Positions 1-11,697 of a stretch of DNA of 64,000 bases are shown piece by piece. This stretch comes from Squalus acanthias (lineage: Eukaryota), in the NCBI GenBank assembly GCA_030390025.1, contig CM059438.1, forward strand, positions 64,792,001-64,856,000. Direction: 5' to 3'. Each line of letters starts with the position of its first letter. Within the stretch, counting starts at the first letter, position 1. The notes under the pieces were generated by a model, which did not search any database, was not told the DNA's origin, and saw only the letters and a list, made by a program, of their open reading frames with translations. Made by a program: the position numbers and the translations under genes.

Positions 1-1569
1 TGTGGCCTGTTGTGGGCAGAACCTTCACCAGCCCAAAAACGTCATTGTTGTCATACGGGGAAAGGAGGCAGAGGCTCTGGCATTGGGAGTTTCTCCACCC
101 TAAAACTTTAGAGGGACCTGGCGTATGATTAATGGAGGTTCGCTTGGTTAGGTCCTTCAACACCACCAGCAGCTGCGGGGCCAGGTGGAGTTCCAGGCTG
201 GAGGTCTTGAAGAAAACAGCAATTTTAGAAACCGTTTTTGTAAACTGGTCCTCTGACAAGGGGGGCTGAGTGGGAGGCGGGGGTGCACCACAACCCCTGC
301 TCAGTAGTCTTTAGCCAGACTTTTCGCCTCTTCAGCTGGCTTAGTAGTGGTGCAGGAGCCTGCCATTGGCATCCAAATCAGGGAACCTCTCCCTGACCCT
401 GCAAAGTTGGCCGGGGTCAGCACCGGAGGCTCCCAGAGAGCGTGATCCCTCCTTAAATACAAGGATCGCAGGACTGTAGACTTTTGAGGCCATAAAGTGT
501 TGACTATTAGGTATAAGACATGCTAATAGCTTAGAAATGACATAGAATTATTTCACTTGAAGATTTACATAACTAAAAAGTGTTATTTTCAAAATGTTGA
601 CATTTTGGTGATGAAGAGGCCTAACTATAAAATCAATGAAGCCCATTATGGAGTCATAGATGACTCACAAGAAATGATCATTCTTCCATTCTCCAACATT
701 GCTATTTACAGGATGAGCATTAAGTAAACCATGTGGAAAGAGACAAAAAAGGAATGAAAAATCAAGACTGACGCCCCCCAGCTTAACAGACGACCCAGTG
801 ATCATCCGCACTAATAGTGAAGTTGTCAACAATTTACTAATCCCTTCCAGTCTATCAGACATTTCCTAACATCCACCGCTACGTTAGACGTTTCCTCAGG
901 AGCTTTTCAAATCTAAGAAGCAATAATGTAAAGTCTGATGTTTCTGAAACAACCTGCAACAAACTGACTAACGTAAAGAAGTGCTGGAGCACGCGTGTGT
1001 GATTTAAACTGGAGCTCGGCAGTTCAGAGACGAACTCAATCAGATGGTGATAGACGCTGGCAGCTCACATTCTGAACATATGGAGGGGATTTGAGATTGC
1101 ACACTTCATTTGCTACCAGCTGACATCTAAAAACTTGCTTCTCTGATTGAAGTTTAGTGAGAACATATGCCAAAAGCATTTGTTTTGACAGGACAATACT
1201 TCATTCTGTGGACTCCTGTGCTTGTGCCAGTTATCCACCAAACCGAAAGCTCAGAGAAAACCTGCGGGGTGCACATGTCTATTAGAATCCAATTCAAATG
1301 CCTGAATTTTATTTAACTTTATTTTGGCCCTGTTTTTTTATATCTTTTTTTAAAGAAATCTCCTCCAGGAGTTTTTCAGGCTATTGACTTCTTGCTGGTT
1401 GTGACAGTTCATCAAGATGTACATTACTCGTTCAAAGAAGAAGGCTTTGAAATTCTTCCAACACACACTCTCGTCCCTCCGTCTGGAGATAGAAGTCTCT
1501 GCTTCTATGAGGTGCTATTTAAAGCAATTGAGAATTGATTAATGCATCACAAGTGGATTTAAGTGTCAG

Positions 1570-1810
1570 GTGCTTCCATTTTTTATCCCTATTTTCTCCT
1601 CCTCTCTCCTGAAGGCGCTGACTCTTGCTGGTGTAGAGTTCTACAGGCACAAGCAGTTCTCCAGCAATTTGCCAATGTGACCATCCTTCATGCGTGACCC
1701 CAAGGTCAATGACCGACTATTGGGGACATCGCAGTAGGGCCGCAGACAGGATCCCAACAAGCACTTCCTAGCCAGGGACGCTGTTGAATAATCAGGAGCA
1801 GAAACCCTGA
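1570..1810. repeat. Old unclassified interspersed repeat (related pieces at ~2600-2860, ~3895-3965, ~23350-23545 and reversed at ~47160-47240)
   Basis: Shared degenerate motifs such as GTGAGCCTAGACA(C/G)TGA and ATCAGGAGCAG(G/A)AACCCTGGCTGATTTTCCCC recur among the copies; boundaries are approximate. Confidence 0.45.
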
Positions 1811-1981
1811 GACGTTAAACTGAGGCCGTGTCTCCCCTCTCAGGTGGACGTAAAAGATCCCATGGCAAAGATCCCGTAAACTTTGGCCCTGATCTCAAAT
1901 ACTGAAACACCACATGAACTTCTTTTCCTTAATGTGTGTCCTCCAAACCAATGATATGCAAGACAGCCAGACGTTCCCATT

Positions 1982-2129
1982 TCACGGCAACTGCTGTTCA
2001 CTGTGTTGTGATGACCTGGCAAACTCGTCATTGAAGGATTTGTCTCCTGGTTTTAGTTCCTCAATATCATTGGAATCATTTTTCTTAAATGTAACATTTT
2101 TATTTGGTAGTTTTCTCCCCTCTTCTTCC
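1982..2129 (-). CDS. Candidate terminal coding exon of an unidentified host gene
   Basis: Acceptor tctttcttttttccag|G, then an open frame EEEGRKLPNKNVTFKKNDSNDIEELKPGDKSFNDEFARSSQHSEQQLP* in non-repeat sequence; no homologue recognised. Confidence 0.3.
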
Positions 2130-2133
2130 CTGG

Positions 2134-2607
2134 AAAAAAGAAAGACCTGCATATATATATATAGTGCCTTTCACAACCTCAGGAAGTCCCAAAGCGCTTT
2201 ACAGCTAATTAAGTACTTTTCGAAGCGCAGTCACTGTCATAATGTAGGAAACGTGGCAGCCAATTTGTGCACAGCAAGGTCCCACAAACAGTAATGTGAT
2301 AATGACCAGAGAATCTGTTTTAGTGATGTTGGTTGAGGGATAAATATTGGCCAGGACACCGGGGATAACTACCCTGTTCTTCTTCGAAGTAGTGCCATGG
2401 GATCTTTTACGTCCACCTGACAGAGCAGACAGGGCCTCGGTTTAACGTCTCATCCGAAAGACAGCACCTCCAACAGTGCAGCACTCCCTCAGTACGGCCC
2501 TGGAGTGCAAGTCTAGATTTTGTGCTTGAGACTCTGGGGTGGGACCTGAACCCACAACCTTCTGTTTTGGAGGAGTGAGAGTGTTACTCACCAAGCCACA
2601 GCTGACA
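2134..2607 (-). mobile_element. Deu-domain tRNA-derived SINE (SacSINE1/AmnSINE1-like), full length
   Basis: tRNA-like head, Deu-type core GATGAGACGTTAAACCGAGGCCC...GGTGGACGTAAAAGATCCC, tail ending TGCAGGTCTTTCTTT; many copies in the window. Confidence 0.85.
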
Positions 2608-3099
2608 GTATTGATTGCTGCTACAGCACCATTCCATAGGTAACAATTGCCCTCTGACACATTACTGAAGTCGCTATTCATCATTTGTGAGTCGAGACAG
2701 TGAGCCTTGGCAGGCATTTGGATCATGGGGAATTCACAAGCGATCCTCCTCCTGTTCTCACCCAACGTACACACGCTCACTTACCAGTAGAGGCCATTGG
2801 ATGGAGATCTGGAGTGGGATCCTTTGCTGATTTTCCCTTCTCTACCCCAGGGGTTGTCAATCCCTTTCTTTAAACTGACTTGAACACTTGTGATTAGGAT
2901 ATAGGATAGCCTCGATTTTCTGACTGGCATTGTTTTAACATCAGTGTTAAGTCATTTATATTGACTTGGTTATTGCCAGTGTCGAAGTAGTGTGGATCAG
3001 GATATCTGGGCTATTGTCTCTATACACAAGTTACTGTAAAACACAAAGTGGAAAAGCCACAGCTTTCTACATTTAAATTTTGTTCGACTCAACTAACAA

Positions 3100-3207
3100 G
3101 AAAGAAAGACTTGCATTTATCTGTCAGTTTTTACAACATCAGAATGTCCCAAAGCGCTTTACAACCAACTAAGTACTTTTGAAGTGTGGTCACTGTTGTA
3201 ATGTAGA
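3100..3207 (-). mobile_element. 3' fragment of Deu-SINE
   Basis: aagaaagaaagacttgcattt...aagtacttttgaagtgtggtcactgttgtaatgtag matches the SINE tail. Confidence 0.75.
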
Positions 3208-3359
3208 ATGATGCACGTCTCTTGTTGTTTATCTGGTACATTGGCGGTCATGTGACCAGAATTGGATTAGTTTGACTTGCTTGATGTCCTCAGTAATTCA
3301 ATTTGATTGAAACCTGGGAGTTTCCTTTGTCCCTAATCTTCTCACAATTCACTGACATT

Positions 3360-3451
3360 TGTGAGAAGTCGCACAACACCAGGTTATAGTCCAACAGCTT
3401 TATTTGAAATCACAAGCTTTCGGAGCAGCTGCTCCTTCATCAGGTGAAGTC
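3360..3451 (-). mobile_element. 92-bp Penelope-like 3' end fragment (family A)
   Basis: Reverse complement of 10598-10690; flanked by 12-bp TSD TTCACTGACATT (3348-3359, 3452-3463). Confidence 0.85.
3410..3447 (-). ncRNA. Minimal hammerhead ribozyme motif (Penelope family A)
   Basis: UCAC-CUGAUGA-A-GGAGCAGCUGCUCC-GAAA-GCUU-GUGA: intact core, stem II hairpin, stem I UCAC/GUGA. Confidence 0.7.
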
Positions 3452-5347
3452 TTCACTGACATTGTTAGCAACCTGTTAAAAAAAATCACTGCAAAATCTT
3501 TTTTTTTTGTTTCTCTATAATACCTCTTCAGTATGATAATACAGAGAGGAATGATGAACACCATTTATCACAACAAATTGCATTACCTTGTAATATCTGT
3601 ACTAAATGCCATTTTCTAGTCTTTAATCCATCTGCAGAACCTTTCTAAATCCTTTTCAATCACGGCAGGCTCAGCAACACATAAAATACCTATCTCCTGG
3701 CTTTGTATTATCTGCAAATAGACTAATTCTGCTTATAATTCAACCTTAAGGTCATTTATGAAGATAATATACATCAGGCAAATAAGAGCACTGCTCTGTC
3801 CATTGCTCATCATCCATTGTTTTCTGTGCTTGTTCCTTCTCAATATTCTCTCTTCTGAAGATGTTGACTCTTTGCTATGGAACAGTTACCTGAACACCTG
3901 GTCCCCTTCAGTACCTCGCCTAATTGGTCATTCATCACGAGTGAGCCTTGACATTGTTGGCAGGTAAATTGGCAGGTAAATTGACTGTTGCTGTCATTAA
4001 TAGATCTTCCACCACCTTTGCCAAATTTTATGTGTTCCTTATACTTCACCTGTTTTCCCTCCTGAAGATCTCCCTGTACCTTTTTTAAGAAGAAAATCCA
4101 CAATGATGGCATTCATTGAAAATGAAAGCCAAAATCACTGCCAATTGACAGTAGAAAAGGTTACACGTGGCTGGAAGAGAGGGGACAGTATCACTTCTTA
4201 CAAATTCCAATTTAAACATTGGCTGAACTGCTCATCAAATTCCAAAGTGTCCGCCTTGTTGTATGCAGACCCTGTATTGGCCATAAGTCTGCTGAAAATA
4301 GGAATTTATAGAGCTGTTCAGCATCTCAAGAGTCTTAAAATCGTGATTGTATTAAAAATTCATGGCTCGAAAAAATATTGAGAGCCAGTGCACGAGGTTC
4401 TGTATGAAGATGATGGTTGTATGATAACCTGCAGCTCAGTGATATTTATTGCCTAGTAAATTTTGCAATACATATTAATGCTTCTGTTATTATCACAGTT
4501 CAACATGTTTACTCATTTCCATTTGGATTTAATAGCACATTTTGGCCAGGAGGCCTGTAAACTGTTCTACGAAATTGGGTTTGTCACCTAATTCCAAGTT
4601 TAAAACTGGATGGAGGGCAGGATAAGGGTGGGATCGGGGCATTCGTTCTGATATGTGCTCTGCCGATGATTAAAATTCATTGAAAACCTTGATAACTAAT
4701 AACACATGATGCACAGAAATAAGTGGCAAACATTGGGGCTTTATTTTTTGTTTAAATGTTGTTTGTGCTTTGAATAACAGAGGTTGCAATATCATAAGGA
4801 AGCTCTTTTCTGTTTTAAATCTTCAGAGGGAAGAATGGGCATTGAATATTACAGCCTCCATTCTCTTTCACCCCTCTGACCTCGCTCCCACCCCAAGCAT
4901 CCAAGCCTCCCTACCCCCATTCCTTGCTCCCATCTGCCTTCTCTCACTGTTTCTAACCCCCCACCCTGAATGCCTTGTACCCAATCCCATCTGCTGCCTC
5001 TCGTCGCTTCCACTTACCGCAACCCCCAAGAAAAAATATCCTATCTCCATGTTTCTAATCATGACCAGGGGACCTGCTTTAACTTCTTAAAAGCACTTTC
5101 TCTGCTTTTACTGAGATAGTTAGTCCTGCCACTCCCAGTTCTCCAGGACCCCAAAATGCCCCACCTGCTACTCCGATATCCACGAACCTGCTCCCCAACA
5201 ACCCCCCAACATCGTTCTGCCTCACCCACACCTCACCTTGCCCCTGCATGCACAGCCCTAGACACCTTCCCCCTCCTCAATACTTCTGCTCAGCTCAAAT
5301 CTACCTGCAACCTGGAGTAGCTTTCCCACTGCCTTCCTCTGGATTAG

Positions 5348-6065
5348 GGGGAAAAATTCGGTGGCACCCCCTTTGGGGCCCTAACTTCGCTACTTTTAGT
5401 GCCCTGAAAAGGTTAGCGGCCCTGCGCCGTAAATTCAGTGGTAGTGCCCCAAGCAGGAGGCGGGGCGCTACTGGAAGCGCTCCCCCTCCCTCCTGGGGTG
5501 CTACAAGTGAATATCGCAGCGCTAGGTGCAACAGCGCCACACGCGCCGGCATGTAGCGCCGTGTCATTGCAGGCCTTCCTCCCCTGATTAAAGGGGAGGG
5601 GCCTAGCGCTGCGCACACCGGGGCCCTGTTGGACCACCGGGGAGCGGGGTGCCGCGAAAACAGCCCGGCACTCAAGAAGAATGTCGAGCTGAGCGATCGC
5701 GGCTGGCACCCCAAAGTAAAAAGGGGAAGGGGGCAGGTGCTGGCAGGTGGCCCAGAAAAAATGTCCGCCCGACAGCTGCCCTTTAAATTGCGCCGCCGTG
5801 GCTGCAACAACGCCACCCTGACCCTGTCGGACATATCGTCCGGCGATAGGCCTGGGGGTGCAAATGAAGTCTGCGGCCGGGGCGCTGCGCACGGCGGTGA
5901 CGTCATCACCGGAGGCGCAGCGCCGCGGGGCGCTACCGGCTACCGCCGCCGCTAACCTCCCGCTGAATTTCACGGGGGGCGTTAGCGGCGCCGCGCCCGG
6001 GCACTAGGGGCTTTGTGCCCCGTTAGCTCACCCCTGGGAGGCGCAAAGCAACCCAATTTTTCCCC
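5348..6065. mobile_element. Non-autonomous PIF/Harbinger MITE, GC/CpG-rich
   Basis: TIR GGGGAAAAATT / AATTTTTCCCC, 3-bp TSD TAG (5345-5347, 6066-6068); right end resembles 21190-21219. Confidence 0.85.
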
Positions 6066-6097
6066 TAGACTTTTGAATAAAAAAGTAAGACACAAAT

Positions 6098-6311
6098 AGG
6101 GCAGAGTTTTCACTTTGCTGCTCGGTGTCCATAATTGCTTGGGCGGAGTGTCAAGAGGTAACTGGATTGACATGATTGGCTCACCATTAATAGAGCCCAC
6201 CGAATGTTTCTGCATGAACCTTCACGCCTCCCTGCACCCCAAATTTTCCTATATGCATTCTGTCCAGTTGATTTTTTTTACACCCAAACACAAAAGCGGA
6301 CAATCTGCCCC
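6098..6311. mobile_element. Small degenerate MITE
   Basis: Ends GGGCAGAGTTTTCAC / GCGGACAATCTGCCCC are imperfect inverted repeats. Confidence 0.4.
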
Positions 6312-6332
6312 AAGACCCATAAATGAAGTTGT

Positions 6333-6622
6333 AACAACAACAACTTGCATTTATATGGCACCTTTAATGTATTAAAACATCCCAAGGCGCTTCACAAGAG
6401 CGTTACGAGACAAAACTTGCCACCGAGCTACATAAGGGGATATTAGGACATGTGACCAAAAGCTTGGTCAAAAAGGTAGGTTTTAAGGAGCATCTCAAAG
6501 GAGGAGAGGTAGAGAGGCGGAGAGGGTGTAGGGAGGGAATTCTAGAGCTCAGGGCCTAGAACACAAGGATGAGAATTTTAAAATGGAAACGTTGCTGGGC
6601 CGGGAGCCCATGTAGGTCAGCG
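6333..6622 (-). mobile_element. L2-type LINE 3' fragment
   Basis: (AAC)n tail and sequence collinear with 40293-40730. Confidence 0.75.
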
Positions 6623-6818
6623 CGCATACAAATCATAATGGGCTGTTGTTTTTCCCAATTCCGGTGGAGCTTTTAATACCTCTTGTATAGTCAAAATTGC
6701 ACTCATCATTTGAAACAAGGTGGTTATTCACTGCCCTACTGAGACTTCTAACATTGGCAGAATGCTTTCTCAATATATTGGCCCATCACTGTGCGATTTG
6801 CTGTTTCTACCAAAATTG

Positions 6819-9695
6819 AGCTGACACGCCAATGCAGCACTGAGGGAGTGCTGCACTGTCAGAGGTGCTGTCTTTCAGATGAGATGTTAAACCGAGGCTC
6901 CACCTGCCCTCTCAGGTAAATGTAAAAGATCCCACAGCACTATTTCGAAGAAGAGCAGGGGAGTTCTCCCCAGTGTCCTGGCCAACAGTTATCCCTCAAC
7001 CAACACCTAAAGCACACCACATATAGATTGGAATAGCCTAATCAGTAAAAATAATGAGGAGGAGGAATTCCTTGAGTGTTTAAGGGATGGTTATCTGGAT
7101 CAATATGTCGAGGAACCAACTCGGGAACAGGCTATATTGGACTGGGTACTGTGCAATGAGAAGGGACTAATTAGTAATCTTGTTGTACGGGGACCCTTGG
7201 GTCAGAGCGATCATAACATGATCGATTTCTCACTCGAAATGGAGAGCGAAGAAATTGACTCAGATACTAAGGTCCTGAATTTAAACAAGGGGAATTATGA
7301 TGCCATTACTCGGGAACTGAGTAGGTCTGATTGGACAACGTTCCTGGGAGGACTGGAGGTAGATAAACAATGGCAAGCATTTAAAGATAGAATGACAAAA
7401 TTGCAAAAATTGTTTATACCAATCTGGCATAAAAGGAAATCTAAAAAGGTGACTCAACCGTGGATAACAGGGGAAATTAGAGACAGCATAAAATCCAAAG
7501 ATAGGGCGTATAAAATAGCCAAAAAAAGCACCAGAGCGGAAGATTGGGAACAGTTTAAGATAGAGCAAAGGAGGACAAAGGGCTTAATCAAGAGGGGCAA
7601 AATAGCTTACGAAAGCAAGCTGGCGGAAAATATAAAAACTAACTCCAAAAGCTTTTATAAGTATATCAAGAGGAAAAGACTGGTGAAAACCAAAGTTGGC
7701 CCATTGCAGTCAGATACGGGGGAATATATAACGGGAAATAAAGAAATGGCAGACCAACTAAATGCATACTTTGGGTCAGTCTTTACGAAGGAAGACACAA
7801 AAAACCTCCCTGGGATATCGGGAAAAATAGGGACATTTGCAAAGGAGGAACTGACGCAAGTCAATATCTCTAAGGATATGGTGTTAAGGAAGCTAAAGGG
7901 ATTGAAGGCGGACAAATCCCCAGGGCCTGATAACATGCATCCTAGGGTGCTGAAGGAGGTGGCCCTAGAGATAGCGGATGCACTAAGTATGATTTTTCAG
8001 AATTCATTAGACTCGGGAACAGTGCCCATGGATTGGAGGGTAGCTAACGTTACCCCACTATTCAAAAAGGGGAGTAGGGAAAAAGCAGGTAATTACAGAC
8101 CTGTAAGCCTTACATCAGTTGTGGGCAAAATGCTGGAGTCCATCATTAAGGATGAAATAGCGGAGCACTTAGCAAATGGGGACAGGATAGGACAGAGTCA
8201 ACAAAGGGTAAATCGTGCTTGACTAATCTATTGGAATTTTTTGAGGGAGTAACTGGTAAAATAGATGGGGGAGAGCCAGTAGATGTGGTGTACCTGGACT
8301 TCCAAAAGGCCTTCGATAAGGTCCCACATAAAAGATTAGCAGGGAAAATTGAAGCTCATGGGATAAAGGGGAAAGTACTAACGTGGATAGAGAACTGGCT
8401 GTCAGATAGAAAACAGAGAGTTGGAATAAACGGCTCATTTTCTGAATGGCAGGCAGTAACAAGTGGGGTACCATAGGGATCTGTCCTGGGTCCCCAGCTG
8501 TTCACAATTTACATTAATGACCTGGATCAGGGAGTCGGATGCAGCATTTCCAAATTTGCAGACGACACTAAACTAGGAGGGGGGGTGGGCTCAGAGGAGG
8601 AGACCAGGAAGCTCCAGAGCGATTTGGACAGACTGGGTGATTGGGCGGATAAATGGCAGATGCACTATAATGTGGACAAGTGCGAAGTTATCCACCTTGG
8701 GTGCAGGAACGGGAGGGCAAATTATTATTTAAATGGCAATAAATTGGGAGAGGGGGAAGTACAGAGAGACCTGGGTGTTCTTGTACACCAGTCACTGAAG
8801 GCGAGCATGCAGGTGCAACAGGCGATCAAGAAGGCAAATGGTATGCTGGCCTTCATAGCAAAAGGGTTGGAATACAGGAACAGGGATACCTTGCTGCAGC
8901 TGTACAGGGCACTGGTGAGACCACACCTCGAGTACTGTGTACAGTTTTGGTCGCCTCATCTGAGGAAAGATGTTCTTGCCATGGAGGGGGTGCAGCGGCG
9001 ATTCACCAGGCTGATACCAGGAATGGCGGGATTGACCTATGAGGAGAGACTATGTAGTTTAGGGATGTACACACTGGAGTTTAGAAGATTGAGAGGGGAC
9101 CTCATAGAAGTGTATAAAATTCTGACAGGTCGAGACAGACTAGATGCAGAAGGAATGTTTCCCTTGGCGGGTGAGAACAGAACTAGAGGACATAATTTAA
9201 GGATAAGGGCTAAACCATTTAGGACAGAAATGAGGGGGAATTTCTTCACTCAGAGGGTGGTGAACCTGTGGAACTCATTGCCACAGAGGGCAGTGTACGC
9301 CAGCTCATTAAATATATTTAAGAGGGAATTAGATATATTTCTACAGGCAAAAGGGGTTAAGGGTTACGGAGAGAAGGCGGGGACGGGATACTGAATTGGA
9401 GGATCAGCCATGATCTCATTAAATGGCGGAGCAGGCTCGAAGGGCCGGATGGCCTACTCCTGCTCCTATCTTCTATGTATCTATGTATCTATGTATCTAT
9501 GTATCTATGTAAAGCAGATTGTCTGGTCGTCATCACATTGCTGTTTGTGGGAGCTTGCTGTGCGTGAGTTGGCTGCTGCGTTTCCTACATTACAACAGTG
9601 ACTACACTTCAAAAAGTACTTCATTGGCTGTAAAGCGCTTTGGGACAGCCTGAGGTTGTGAAAGGCGCTATATAAATGCAAGCTCTTTCTTTCTT
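6819..9695 (+). mobile_element. Deu-SINE split by a CR1 insertion (halves 6819-7014 and 9510-9695)
   Basis: The two halves join into the SINE consensus at ...caacacc TAAAGCA gattgtctgg. Confidence 0.85.
7015..9509 (+). mobile_element. 5'-truncated CR1 LINE, ORF2 (end of APE endonuclease + RT) pseudogenised
   Basis: ORFs 7137-8222, 8219-8476, 8585-9394 with SDHN, KSPGPD, NYRPVSLTS, YLDFQKAFDKVPH and FADD; frameshift ~8203 and TAG at 8474; (ATCTATGT)n tail; TSD TAAAGCA. Confidence 0.95.
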
Positions 9696-9891
9696 TTGTT
9701 CTTATTGTACATAAATGTCTTGTGTTGTAGTTAGGCCCTGGAATACTCTGCAGTCTGTTCTGATGTGGATCAGCCTTTCTTTCCCAGTTCTGCTAAAGTT
9801 ATGAACTAATGGGAACATTATTCAGGAGCATGGTATAGTTTTAGTTGAGAGTTCTGAAGATCTGTTTATTAAAGCCTACTGTATATATTGT

Positions 9892-10730
9892 TGCCAGATC
9901 ATCAACACAGATACCATCATCACACATGAGGACACTACCCAGCAGGTACATGGTACATACTCATGTGACTCGGCCAACGTTGTCTACCTCATACGTTGCA
10001 GGAAAGAATGCACCGCGGCATGGTACATCGGCGAGACCATGCAGACACTGAGACAACGTATGAACGGACACCGCGCAACAATCACCAGGCAGGAGTGTTC
10101 CCTCCCAGTCGGGGAACACTTCAGCAGTCAAGGACATTCAGCCTCGGATCTGCGGGTAAGCGTTCTCCAAGGCGGCCTTAGAAACACACGACAACGCAAA
10201 ATCATCGAGCAGAAACTGATAGCCAAGTTCCGCACTCATGAGGACGGCCTCAACCGGGATCTTGGGTTTATGTCACGATACATGACGTGATCCAGACTCG
10301 AGTCGTCGTTGGCTTGTTCACAGATGTGATTCCCAGTAAAAAAGTAAAAATTTTAAAGTTTATCGTTTTACATACCGACTGCAGCTTTTGACACATTAGA
10401 CCCCCTGTAACTCCACCTCATTGTCTCAGTTGTATCTTGCTATGTCTTTGATGTGGTACCTTCCTGGCTGACCTGATTGCCTTTTGTCACACCTCGGCAG
10501 ATAAACAGTCAGGATGATTAAATTTAGTCGTCTGCCATTGTAAGTTACACATGCATTGTTCTCTATCTATATATGCTTTGTCGATTCTGTATTTCTTTAC
10601 TTCACCTGAGGAAGGGGCCACGTAAGCTCCGAAAGCTTGTGATTTCAAATAAAACTGTTGGACTATAACCTGGTGTTGTGCGACTTCTCATTTTTGTCCA
10701 TCCCAGTCCAACACCAGCATCTCCGCATCA
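9892..10730 (+). mobile_element. 5'-truncated Penelope-like retroelement (family A): GIY-YIG endonuclease C-terminus + 3' pLTR
   Basis: Frame from 9892 to stop at 10290: ...CDSANVVYLIRCRKECTAAWYIGETMQTLRQRMNGH...EQKLIAKFRTHEDGLNRD; 12-bp TSD TGTATATATTGT (9880-9891, 10731-10742). Confidence 0.92.
10602..10642 (+). ncRNA. Minimal hammerhead ribozyme motif (Penelope family A)
   Basis: UCAC-CUGAGGA-A-GGGGC(cacguaa)GCUCC-GAAA-GCUU-GUGA. Confidence 0.7.
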
Positions 10731-11196
10731 TGTATATATTGTGGCAGGGACAAATGAATTAAACAGTTCAGCAGTAGTTTATCTCTGAAGATTGAAAGTC
10801 AAATTGCAAAATATTTCAACCATTTTTATAATTAGCTGTACAAACTATTAATTTTTTTAATTAAAAACATTGCATGGACCATGCAGTTCTTAATGTCTCA
10901 GACTTCAATTTTATTTAAATTAAAATTGTAAATTAATGAAAAAAAAAAAAAATATTCGAAATGTTCCAGAACGTTGATTAAAAGTACTCCCGCACACTGC
11001 ACCCTTGCTGTAATTTTATATTGCTGAGCAGTTCTTAAAATATGTTGCTTTCCGCTATTGTTCAGGTGCCTGCCCGGAGGCTTTTTAAATTGTTCTGCTG
11101 TTGCTTTCTGCAAAGAGTTCAGCGGCATGTTTCACCTCGCCTTTCCTTCATGGTGCTACTCTTCACATTGCTGGTTTCTGCAGCTGTGCTCATGTT

Positions 11197-11697
11197 TGTG
11201 TTGGCCCTCCACTTTGCATTGGCCCCTCCTCTTTGTGTTGGCCCCTCCTCTTTTTGTTGGCCCCTCCTCTTTGCATTAGCCCTCCTCTTTGTGTTGGCCC
11301 CTCCTCTTTTTGTTGGCCCCTCCTCTTTGCGTTGGTCCTCCTCTTTGCATTGGCCCTTGTCTTTGCATTGGCCCTCCTCTTTGTGTTGGCCTTCCTCTTT
11401 GCATTGGCCCTCATCTTTGCATTGGCCCTCCTCTTTGTATTGGCCCCTCCTCTTTGAATTGGCCCTCCTCTCTGCATTGGCCCCTCCTCTTTGTGTTGGC
11501 CCCTCCTCTTTGTGTTGGCCCCTCCTTTGTGTTGGCCCCTCCTTTTTGCATTGCCCCTCCTCTTTGTGTTGGCCCCTCCTCTTTGCGTTGGCCCCTCCTC
11601 TTTGCATTGGCCCCTCCTCTTTGTGTTGGCCCCTCCTCTTTGCGTTGGCCCTCCTCTTTGTGTTGCCCCTTCCTTTTGTGTTGCGCCCTCCTCTTTG
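11197..11697. repeat. Minisatellite, 18-19-bp unit TTGGCCC(C)TCCTCTTTG(TG/CA)
   Basis: Direct reading of ~26 degenerate tandem units; explains the stacked low-complexity ORFs. Confidence 0.95.

Noticed and set aside
3840..4112. Minus-strand exon VQGDLQEGKQVK...
   Set aside because: Weak acceptor, overlaps an old interspersed repeat (3895-3965), and its phase does not fit the preferred frame of the 1982-2129 candidate
5248..5973. CpG-island promoter or GC-rich ORFs
   Set aside because: Falls almost entirely within TIRs and a TAG TSD, so it is a Harbinger MITE
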